Positions 1 through 7,579 of a DNA stretch of 43,002 nt are shown here, piece after piece. Each line of letters starts with the position of its first letter. The stretch's first letter is position 1. Source of the DNA: an uncultured Eubacteriales bacterium. GTDB lineage: Bacteria > Acidobacteriota > Aminicenantia > Aminicenantales > Saccharicenantaceae. Under the pieces are notes generated by a model. The model was not told where the DNA came from, did no database searches, and saw only the letters and a program-made list of their open reading frames with translations. The stretch is from NCBI GenBank assembly GCA_964408215.1, contig CAYOYQ010000002.1:1-43002 (forward strand), given 5' to 3'. The position numbers and the translations under genes were made by a program.

Positions 1-37
1 GCGTTCGCTCTGAGCCAGGATCAAACTCTTCAATTAT
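1..37 (-). rRNA. rrs: 16S rRNA, 5'-terminal fragment (the gene continues past the left edge of the window)
   Basis: The reverse complement of 1-37 reads ATAATTGAAGAGTTTGATCCTGGCTCAGAGCGAACGC. This contains the universal 16S 5' primer site AGAGTTTGATCCTGGCTCAG. The mature 5' end (about 33-37) is inferred by analogy to E. coli AAATTGAAGAGTTTGATC. Confidence 0.9.
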
Positions 38-221
38 AAGAACTCTTGCGAGTTCCTAGCGAGTTTGATCAGGCAAAAAAGTTCAACGTCTGGTCGCTCC
101 GCTCTTTGTGTCAAAGAACCTGATTCTCTCTAACCCGAGAGAGAAACGCCGATCATCTATCGAACTCTGAGATAATTTCAACCTGTTACGGTTGTCAGAA
201 TGATAGCCTCAGGGCCTTAGT

Positions 222-275
222 ATGATAGGGATTCGCACTGGGCTTGTCAAGAGGCTCGAGAAATTTTTTTTTCGC
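222..275 (-). promoter_or_regulatory. Candidate rrn promoter with an UP-element-like A/T tract
   Basis: The minus strand reads TTGACA (250-245), 17 nt, TATCAT (227-222). An AAA plus 9xT run (261-272) lies directly upstream of the -35, where an UP element would sit. The predicted leader is about 175 nt long before the 16S 5' end. Confidence 0.55.
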
Positions 276-421
276 CGCCGATCGTCGCCCGGCGTTGACG
301 CTCAAACCCCCGCTTTTCAGCGGATTAGCGCCTCCGGTTGACCGCCGCGCCGGGGACGGGTCTCCCCTTCTCCGGACGTATTCAAAGGCCCGCTGGCACG
401 CCGGGCGCTTCGAGCCGGGGC

Positions 422-853
422 GTGGACGACAGCGGAGCGCGGGCGAAAAGAACGCGGCGGACGGGCGCGCGGCGCCGCGGCACGGGCCTCGTCGAGGTCC
501 TCGTCGCCATGACGCTCGTCCTCGTCCTCATCGTCGGCGCGGCCGAGATGCTCATGCTCGCGCTCGGCGCGAAGCGGAAGGGCGATGTCGCCGCGGCGCT
601 CACCCATGCTCTGACGGACCGGCTCGAAGCGCTGAAGTCCCGGCCCTTCGACGACCCGGAGCTCGCGGCCGGCGAGTACGAGGCGGCCGGACGGGTCGAG
701 CCGGGGGCCTCGCTCGTCGCGTCGTCGTGGCGGATCGAGGACGAAGGCGAAGGGGCGAAGAGGATCACCCTGACGGTCCGGCGCGCCGGCCGGCCGGGCC
801 CGGCGACCACCGCCGTCGCCTTCGTCCTGAGGGACCTGGGGTTCGAGCCATGA
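422..853 (+). CDS. Minor pseudopilin, GspI-like (prepilin-type N-terminal domain)
   Basis: A basic leader ends in Gly and is followed by TGLVEVLVAMTLVLVLIVGAAEM (Glu at +5, hydrophobic helix). The stop overlaps the next gene's start (ATGA). The start is uncertain: GTG 422 is preferred, while the longest ORF starts at TTG 338. Confidence 0.6.
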   Translation: MDDSGARAKRTRRTGARRRGTGLVEVLVAMTLVLVLIVGAAEMLMLALGAKRKGDVAAALTHALTDRLEALKSRPFDDPELAAGEYEAAGRVEPGASLVASSWRIEDEGEGAKRITLTVRRAGRPGPATTAVAFVLRDLGFEP

Positions 854-1386
854 AACGGCCGACCGGCTTCACGCTCGTCGAGGCCCTCATCGGCCTGGCC
901 CTCGCGCTCTTCGTCCTCTCGGCGGGCGTCGAGTTCTTCGGCCTGGCCCAGCGGGCCTTCTTTCGCCTCCGGGCCAGGGAGGAGGCCGGCCAGGCCGCGC
1001 TCGCGGCCCTCGACCGGATGAGGATCGATCTTCTCCACGCCGGCCGGGGGCTCGCCGAGGAGATGGCCGCCGGGACGGCCGAGGCCGTGCGGGCCGACGC
1101 GTCCGGCCTGACGACGGTCTCGGCCGCCCCATCCGTTGAAACCGTGACCTATTTCGTGGACAACGCGCGCATCCTAAGACGGCGGGTGAACGGCGGCTCG
1201 GCCCAACCGGTCCTCGAAGAGGTCCTGGCCGCCGCTTGGACCTATGATCCCGGGACCCATCTCGCCCACGTCCGTCTCGAAGTCGACGTCGAAGGAGCCG
1301 CTCCCCATGAAGCCACGATCTTCGTCAAGAACGCGAGCCTTGCGGCCAACTTATCGGGACCCGAAGCGGGGAAATCCGGGACATGA
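850..1386 (+). CDS. Minor pseudopilin, GspJ/PulJ-like
   Basis: MKRPTG|FTLVEALIGLALALFVLSAG is a canonical prepilin cleavage/methylation motif. It is translationally coupled to the upstream gene. Only the last 178 codons of track ORF 244..1386 are used. Confidence 0.7.
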   Translation: MKRPTGFTLVEALIGLALALFVLSAGVEFFGLAQRAFFRLRAREEAGQAALAALDRMRIDLLHAGRGLAEEMAAGTAEAVRADASGLTTVSAAPSVETVTYFVDNARILRRRVNGGSAQPVLEEVLAAAWTYDPGTHLAHVRLEVDVEGAAPHEATIFVKNASLAANLSGPEAGKSGT

Positions 1387-1396
1387 CCCTTTTCTC

Positions 1397-2977
1397 TTGA
1401 AAAGGGATCGTGTCCCGGGGATTTCCCTCAGGTTCAGATCACGGCCGCAAGGCTCGGTCACGGTGACCGTCCTTCTCCTCATGGTGATCTTTTCCGCGCT
1501 TGGCCTGGCCATGCTCCACGCCTCGGGGGTCCACATGAAGATCAACGCCTTCCGCAGATTTTCCGCCCTGCTCGACTGCGCGTCGGAGAGCGGCCTCAAG
1601 CGCGGCCTTCGAGACTTCACGGCCTGGCTCGAAGGGACCGGCCTGGCCGTCCCGGTGACGGACGAACGGGTGGAGTCGCTCCGCGCCGACCCCGGCGCCG
1701 CGTTCCCCCGACTTGTCGGCGAGGCCCTCGGGCCCGTCTTCCCCAGGGTCCTCGAGGAGTCGTTCGACGGCATGACCTGGCGGTGCCGGACCGATTGCGG
1801 CTTCGGCCGCCTCGAGGACAAGGGCCCTTACCTCCGGATCACCGCGGCCCTGCGGATCGAGTCGTCGGGGGGGCTCGTCCGGATGAGGCCCCGCCGTCTC
1901 TCGGCCCTCGAAGGCGCCCTGGGCCTCCTGGCCGGCCGGCTGCCCCTCGCGGCGCTGCCCCTTTATATAAGGAAAGAGATGGCGGAGGCCGAAAAAACGG
2001 ACTTCCTCGCAGCGAACGCCATCAGCCTGCGGGTCCGGCCGGGCGAGCTCGTCGGGCCGGGCTTCTCGGCTTCCGAAGGGGGCGTCCTCCCCGACGATCC
2101 GAGCGCCCTCGTCGCCAAGGCCTTGAACATCGGCGTCTTCAGGCCGGGCGACCTCTCCCCGGCCGAGCTCCGCCAGGCCCTCGGCCTCGAGCCCTCGGCG
2201 GAGCCGGTCCCCGACGGCGTTTATCTCATCCGGAACGACCTCGGCCTCGGCGGCGTCTTCGTCGAGGGCGACCTCGACGAGATGGTCCTGGCCGTCGACC
2301 ACGACGCACAGGTCGTCGTCTTCCGCTCCGGCGACGCCGTCTGGCGGCTCGAGTTCAGCCCGTCGCGGAGCCGGACCTCGTTCGCGACGCCGGCGGGGAG
2401 CTTCGACTACGATCTCGTTCCTCTGCCCCTCGTCCTCGTCAACGGGACGGTCGCCTCCCTCGGCGGGGGCGCCGTGGGGCCCGACGGCCGCGTCGAGATC
2501 CGCTACGACGGCGAAACGCCGGCCGTGCTCGACGGCGTCGACCTCGCGATCGTCTCGGCCGACCGGGTGACGATCTCGTCCGATCTCATCCTCGAGGGCG
2601 TCCGCTGGCAGGACGGCGTGCCTTACGCCAAGGACACGACGGCCCAGCTCGTGATCTACGCGGCGGGCCGGGACCTGGCCTCGGGCGCCTCGGTCGAAGG
2701 GGGCATCGCCGTCGCCGCGGGAGCGCCGGCGGGCCTCAAAGTCCAAGCCTCGCTCACGGCGGCCTCGGGCGGCTTCCGCATCGAGGGCGAAGGCAAGACC
2801 GTCGAGCTCATGGGCGCCCTTCACGCCGATTCCTTCGAGGGCAACGGGAACGCCCTGGCCGTCGTCCGCGACGACCGGGCCGCGGCTGGGACCTTTCCGG
2901 CCAACGCCCCGCTCGCGGCCTCGCCCCGGCTCGCGGTCTTCTCGCTCAAGGTCCTGGCCTGGAAGGAGTACGAATGA
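1397..2977 (+). CDS. Large PilX-N/GspK-like pilus or pseudopilus minor component
   Basis: The N-terminus QGSVTVTVLLLMVIFSALGLAMLHASG resembles the PilX N-terminal / GspK anchor. The 3' end overlaps the next start (ATGA). The start is uncertain: TTG 1397 is chosen, and ATG 1307 and 1244 lie in frame further upstream. Confidence 0.5.
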   Translation: MKRDRVPGISLRFRSRPQGSVTVTVLLLMVIFSALGLAMLHASGVHMKINAFRRFSALLDCASESGLKRGLRDFTAWLEGTGLAVPVTDERVESLRADPGAAFPRLVGEALGPVFPRVLEESFDGMTWRCRTDCGFGRLEDKGPYLRITAALRIESSGGLVRMRPRRLSALEGALGLLAGRLPLAALPLYIRKEMAEAEKTDFLAANAISLRVRPGELVGPGFSASEGGVLPDDPSALVAKALNIGVFRPGDLSPAELRQALGLEPSAEPVPDGVYLIRNDLGLGGVFVEGDLDEMVLAVDHDAQVVVFRSGDAVWRLEFSPSRSRTSFATPAGSFDYDLVPLPLVLVNGTVASLGGGAVGPDGRVEIRYDGETPAVLDGVDLAIVSADRVTISSDLILEGVRWQDGVPYAKDTTAQLVIYAAGRDLASGASVEGGIAVAAGAPAGLKVQASLTAASGGFRIEGEGKTVELMGALHADSFEGNGNALAVVRDDRAAAGTFPANAPLAASPRLAVFSLKVLAWKEYE

Positions 2978-3408
2978 GCGCCCGTCCGCCCGGGTTCACG
3001 CTGATCGAGACCTCGCTCGTCCTCATGCTCGCCGGCCTGCTCGCCCTCGGCGGGGCCCAGGCGGTCGGCCGGCTGGGGCCGAAGCTCCGTCTTCAGTCGG
3101 GGATCTGGGAGGTGACCTCGGGACTCAACCAGGCCCGCTTTCTGGCCATCCTGTCCGGCGAGCCCGTCCGCGTCCGGTTCCTCCCTTCGGGTTTCGTCTT
3201 CGAGCGCTATGACGCCGCCGCCGCGGCTTGGCGGACCTCGCGGCGGAGCGTCCTCGAGGGCGTCGCCGTCCGGGCCAACAACGCCCCGGTCTTCCACCCT
3301 CAGGGCACGGTGTCGAACATGGCCACGGTCACGGTGGCCAATTCGCGGGGGGCTTACAGGATCACGGTCGCGATCACGGGACGGATCAGAACGACCCGCT
3401 CCGGCTGA
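2974..3408 (+). CDS. Minor pseudopilin, GspH/FimT-like
   Basis: MSARPPG|FTLIETSLVLMLAGLLALGG is a prepilin motif. This is the last gene of the coupled four-gene operon. Only the 3' 145 codons of track ORF 1783..3408 are used. Confidence 0.7.
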   Translation: MSARPPGFTLIETSLVLMLAGLLALGGAQAVGRLGPKLRLQSGIWEVTSGLNQARFLAILSGEPVRVRFLPSGFVFERYDAAAAAWRTSRRSVLEGVAVRANNAPVFHPQGTVSNMATVTVANSRGAYRITVAITGRIRTTRSG

Positions 3409-3808
3409 CGCCCGCGGCGCCGGCCTTGGCCGACGTGGGCGTCCCCAAGGCTTCGAACAGCTCCTTCATCAGGGACATGAATCCCTGCGGCGTCTCGTGA
3501 AAGAACTCGATGCCCATCTGATAGCTATTCTCGCTCGGGTGGCGCTTGACCCACTTGACCCGTCCCTCGAGCTTGACGCTGTCGTTCGTCCTCGTGAGCA
3601 GGATGCGGAGCCGGACGGCCGTGCCGACGGCGTAGGCCTCCGGCGAATGGACCTGGGCCCCGCACAGCGACAGGTCATGGGTGAAGGCCTTGCTTTCGCT
3701 GGCGCCTCGCAGGCCCAGGCCTTGCTCCAGGGGCGTGATGGTGGTCTTGTTCCACTGTTTGAACCGCTTGTCTTTGCGCCGCTGGGAGACGTTCGCTCGG
3801 GGTGTCAT
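3386..3808 (-). CDS. Single-domain PilZ protein (putative c-di-GMP receptor), paralog 1
   Basis: It carries RRKDKR (RxxxR) followed by FKQWNK, then DLSLCG (DxSxxG). AAGGA lies upstream of the ATG. Confidence 0.8.
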   Translation of the reverse strand: MTPRANVSQRRKDKRFKQWNKTTITPLEQGLGLRGASESKAFTHDLSLCGAQVHSPEAYAVGTAVRLRILLTRTNDSVKLEGRVKWVKRHPSENSYQMGIEFFHETPQGFMSLMKELFEALGTPTSAKAGAAGVSRSGSF

Positions 3809-3817
3809 GGGCCGTCC

Positions 3818-4186
3818 TTATTTTCTGTTGTCGTAGAGGTTTTTCATCAGGCTCAGGATCGTTTGCTGGGACGTGTGCTTGAACTCGACGCCCATCTCGT
3901 AGACGCCGTCGGCCTCGCTCTGCCGGGCCCACTTGATCACGCCGTCGATGACCACGGTCTCGCGGCTGCGGATGAGCTCCATCCTCAGACGGACGGCGGT
4001 CCCGGCCTCGAAAGGCTCCCGCGAGTGGATGCGGGCCCCGCCGAGCGACAGGTCGTAGGTGAAGGCCTCGGCCTCCTCCAGGCCGGGGCTGGACGGCCTT
4101 CCGGCCAGGGCCCGGATGTTGGCCTTGTTCCACTGCTTGATGCGCCTGTCCCTGCGACGCTGGGCATCGCCCGCTTCTGTGGCCAT
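3818..4186 (-). CDS. Single-domain PilZ protein, paralog 2
   Basis: It carries RRRDRR, IKQWNK and DLSLGG. GGGAGG lies upstream of the ATG. Confidence 0.8.
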   Translation of the reverse strand: MATEAGDAQRRRDRRIKQWNKANIRALAGRPSSPGLEEAEAFTYDLSLGGARIHSREPFEAGTAVRLRMELIRSRETVVIDGVIKWARQSEADGVYEMGVEFKHTSQQTILSLMKNLYDNRK

Positions 4187-4204
4187 GGTCCTCCCTCGCT
4201 CTCC

Positions 4205-4606
4205 TTAAACGGCGGCCTTGTCGGCCTGGGCAGCCGGCCGGACGTCCTTATCCTTGGTCTCGGTGTCATGATAGAGGTTCCTCATGATGGCCTGGAGCGT
4301 CGCCTCGGCGCACTCATGGAACTCGACCCCGAACTCGTGGGTCTTCTGTTCCTCGTTCCAGCGGCTCCAGCGCACGGTCGCATCGATGCCGACGAACTCC
4401 CGGGAGCGGACGAGCTCGAGATGGAGGCGGACGACGCAGCCGACGGGGAACGATTCCTCGCACTGGATCCGGGCCCCGCCGAGCGACAGGTCCCAGGCCA
4501 TCGCGTCCACCGGGCAGCGGGGCAGGACGCCCGGCCCGCCCGAGGCGGAATTGATGATGGCCTTGTTCCATTGCTGGAAGCGGCGGTGCTTCCGTCTTTC
4601 CCTCAT
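4205..4606 (-). CDS. Single-domain PilZ protein, paralog 3
   Basis: It carries RRKHRR, FQQWNK and DLSLGG. The start is set at ATG 4606 (MRERRK), which is preceded by GGGAG; the track ORF extends to 4639. Confidence 0.8.
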   Translation of the reverse strand: MRERRKHRRFQQWNKAIINSASGGPGVLPRCPVDAMAWDLSLGGARIQCEESFPVGCVVRLHLELVRSREFVGIDATVRWSRWNEEQKTHEFGVEFHECAEATLQAIMRNLYHDTETKDKDVRPAAQADKAAV

Positions 4607-4770
4607 ATGGGCACTCCCGCCGGGCAGCCTCCCCGGCACGCCGCCATTCTGGAGGGGGGCGCCCGACCGGGCAATCCCCCCTGGAGGTGATTCCGCCGAT
4701 GAAATCTCCCCCCCTCGAGGGGCCCCGAAAGAGCGGCCCGGCGCTTCAGGCGTGGCAGAGCCCGGCTTGA

Positions 4771-4800
4771 TTGACTTTTCCGTTCCGGCGGGGATATAAG
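4771..4800 (+). promoter_or_regulatory. Candidate sigma70-type promoter of the kinase gene
   Basis: The sequence is TTGACT (4771-4776), 18 nt, TATAAG (4795-4800). Confidence 0.35.
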
Positions 4801-4821
4801 GGGATGACGGGGTCGGGGAAA

Positions 4822-7548
4822 ATGAACGCTTCCGGATTGGCCGGCCAAACCCTCCTGCACTACCGGATCCTGGAGAAGATCGGCGAGGGCGGCATGGGCA
4901 CCGTCTATAGGGCGCTCGACACCCATCTCGACCGGCCTATCGCCGTCAAGGTCCTGCCGGCGGACAAGGTCGCGGACGCTGAGCGGAAGAGCCGCTTCGT
5001 CCAGGAAGCCAAGGCCGCTTCGGCCCTGCGCCATCCGAACATCGTCGTCATCCACGACATCGCCTCCGACCGCGGCCTGGATTTCATCGTCATGGAGCTC
5101 GTCGAGGGCCAGCCCCTCGACGAGCGGGTCGGCCGCAGGGGGCTCAAGCTCAACGACGCCCTCGGCATCGCCGTCCAGATCGCCGACGGGCTGGCCAAGG
5201 CCCACGCCGCCGGCATCGTCCACCGCGACCTCAAGCCGACCAACATCATGGTCACCGCCGACGGACTGGTCAAGATCCTGGACTTCGGCCTGGCCAAGCT
5301 CACGGAACACTCCCCGGCCTCGGCGCCCGGGCCGACCATGACCCTCGACGGCGACGGCCGACCCCGGACCGAGGAAGGCACCATCGTCGGCACGGCCGCT
5401 TACATGTCCCCGGAACAGGCCGAAGGGGCGAAGATCGACGCCCGGTCGGACATCTTCTCCTTCGGCTCGGTCCTCTACGAGATGCTGACCGGGCGGCGGG
5501 CTTTCGGCCGGGACAGCCAAATAAAGACGCTGGCCGCCGTCCTCAACGAGGAGCCGAAGCCGGCGTCTTCCGTGATCGAGGCCGTGCCGGCGGAGCTCGA
5601 GCGCGTCATCACCCGCTGCCTCCGCAAGGACCCCCAGCGCCGCTGGCAAACGATGTCCGACCTCAAGGTCGCGCTCCAGGAGATCAAGGAGGACTCGGAA
5701 TCCGGCAAGCTCGCGGCCGCGCCGGCCCGACGCGGCAGGCGCAGGCTGTTCACGCCCCTGGTCGCGGTCGCGGGCGTTGTCGCCGCCGCGGCCCTCGTCT
5801 TGAAATTCGTCGTGCTCAAGCCCGCCGGCCCGGTGGAGTACGAGATCACGCCCCTGACCTTCGATTCGGGCTTCACGGGGTTCCCCACGTTGCCGGCCGA
5901 CGGGAGCTTCATGGCCTACGCCTCCGACCGGGAGGATGGAAGGAACCTGGACATCTGGGTCAGGCATCTCGCCGGAGGCCAGCCGCGCCTCTTGACCGAT
6001 CACCCGTCAACCGATTGGTTCCCTTCGTTCTCCCCCGACGGCTCCCAGATCGTCTTCCGCTCCGAGCGCGACGGCGGCGGCCTCTATCTCATCGACGCGC
6101 TGGGCGGCGAAGCTCGACGGATCCACGCCAAGGGCCTCATCCCCAAGTTCTCACCCGACGGCCGGTGGATCGCCTTCGCCGTCGTCCCGCCTTCCCTCGA
6201 AGGCTCGCTCTACAGGCTCTACCTGGCCCCGGCCAAGGGCGGGGAGGCCCGGCCGTTCCATCCCGAGCTCTGCCCGACCTATATCGGGCAGGGCGGGCCC
6301 CTCCTCTGGTCCCCCGATTCCGGCCATGTCATCTTTCGCGGCCGCCGCGTCGACGACCCGGGATCGAGCGACTGGTGGGTCGCGCCGGTCGGCCCGGGCC
6401 AACCCGTGCGCACCGGCGCCGTCGACAACCTGGACCTGAGCATCGTCCACTACCCCGTAGGGTGGTTGGGCAACGACGTCTATTTCGCCTCGGGGACGAC
6501 CATCGAAGGCGTGAACCTGTTCCGGACCCGCATCGAACCCCGCTCCTTCGCGATCAAGGGGCCGGCCGCGCCGATCACGACCGGCCCCGGCATGAAGATC
6601 TACGCGTCCGTCACCCGCGACGGCCGGGTCGTCTTCACGGAGATGACAGCCTCGATCAGCACGTGGGGCATCGCCGCGGAGTCCGACGACGGCACGGCCT
6701 CCGGCACGCCGGAAAGGCTGACGCAGGACCTGATGCAGAAGTTCTCGCCCACCATCTCCCGCGACGGGGCGAAGGCCGCGTTCATCGCCTTCGGCGGCGT
6801 CCAGGGGGCCAAGATCGAGGTCCGCCTCAAGGACCTGCGGACGGGACACGAGACGTCGTTCCCGATGCGCAGCATCAGTCTGGACGGCTCCGTCCTCAGC
6901 CCGGACGGCTCGCGCCTGGCCTATCAGGAGCGGGTCGAGGGGAAGCTGAAGACCTTCGTTCTCGAGCCGGGAGCTTCGGCGGGCCGCGAGGTCTGCGAGG
7001 GGAGTACCCTCGTCGACTTCTTCCCCGGCAACGACGCCGCCGTGATCAAGGGCGCGTCGGGGCGGCTCGAGAAGCTGGACTTGACGACGGGGAAGGCCGT
7101 TCCGCTCCTCGATCCCGGCGGGGAAACGATGGGCCGATCAAGCCTGTCCCCGGACGGGAAGTGGCTGGCCTGGCTCGGCGGAGCGCCGGACGGCCGGGTG
7201 ACGCTCCGCGTCTCTCCCGTCGACGGGCCCGCGGACGACGCGAGGGAGCCCGTGACGCTCTCCGTGGCGGACCATTACCTCGGCTCGCCCGCCTGGTCGC
7301 CCAACGGCCGCCGGCTCTATTACCTGTCCGAGAGCACGGGCCGGACGGCGCTCGTGACGAGGGAGCTCGACGTCCGGACGAAGAGGCCCATGGGCGAAGA
7401 GCGCGAGGTCTACGCCTCTCCGAGAGCCGCCTTCATGCTCAACTTCCCAATGGGCAACGGCGCGATCGCGGTGGCCGCGGACAGGATCCTTTTCACGGTG
7501 ACGGAAGTCCGCGCGAACATCTATCAGGCCGCGCCGAAAAAGCGCTGA
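4822..7548 (+). CDS. Hanks-type Ser/Thr protein kinase with a TM helix and a C-terminal PD40/TolB-like beta-propeller region
   Basis: Kinase motifs are GEGGMGTVY, IAVKVL, HRDLKPTN, DFGLA and AAYMSPEQ. A TM segment (FTPLVAVAGVVAAAALVL) follows, then repeated SPDG.../FSPDG... motifs. ATG 4822 is preferred (GGGGAA upstream, downstream of the promoter); ATG 4804 is the alternative. Confidence 0.85.
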   Translation: MNASGLAGQTLLHYRILEKIGEGGMGTVYRALDTHLDRPIAVKVLPADKVADAERKSRFVQEAKAASALRHPNIVVIHDIASDRGLDFIVMELVEGQPLDERVGRRGLKLNDALGIAVQIADGLAKAHAAGIVHRDLKPTNIMVTADGLVKILDFGLAKLTEHSPASAPGPTMTLDGDGRPRTEEGTIVGTAAYMSPEQAEGAKIDARSDIFSFGSVLYEMLTGRRAFGRDSQIKTLAAVLNEEPKPASSVIEAVPAELERVITRCLRKDPQRRWQTMSDLKVALQEIKEDSESGKLAAAPARRGRRRLFTPLVAVAGVVAAAALVLKFVVLKPAGPVEYEITPLTFDSGFTGFPTLPADGSFMAYASDREDGRNLDIWVRHLAGGQPRLLTDHPSTDWFPSFSPDGSQIVFRSERDGGGLYLIDALGGEARRIHAKGLIPKFSPDGRWIAFAVVPPSLEGSLYRLYLAPAKGGEARPFHPELCPTYIGQGGPLLWSPDSGHVIFRGRRVDDPGSSDWWVAPVGPGQPVRTGAVDNLDLSIVHYPVGWLGNDVYFASGTTIEGVNLFRTRIEPRSFAIKGPAAPITTGPGMKIYASVTRDGRVVFTEMTASISTWGIAAESDDGTASGTPERLTQDLMQKFSPTISRDGAKAAFIAFGGVQGAKIEVRLKDLRTGHETSFPMRSISLDGSVLSPDGSRLAYQERVEGKLKTFVLEPGASAGREVCEGSTLVDFFPGNDAAVIKGASGRLEKLDLTTGKAVPLLDPGGETMGRSSLSPDGKWLAWLGGAPDGRVTLRVSPVDGPADDAREPVTLSVADHYLGSPAWSPNGRRLYYLSESTGRTALVTRELDVRTKRPMGEEREVYASPRAAFMLNFPMGNGAIAVAADRILFTVTEVRANIYQAAPKKR

Positions 7549-7579
7549 TCGGGCGCCCCCGTCCCCTCCCTGTTCTCCT

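Noticed and set aside
394-409. A sigma54 promoter suggested by TGGCAC at 394-399, upstream of the pseudopilin operon.
   Set aside because: The required TTGC(A/T) element 5 nt downstream is absent (the sequence is GCCGG GCGCT). The hexamer alone is expected by chance in GC-rich DNA.
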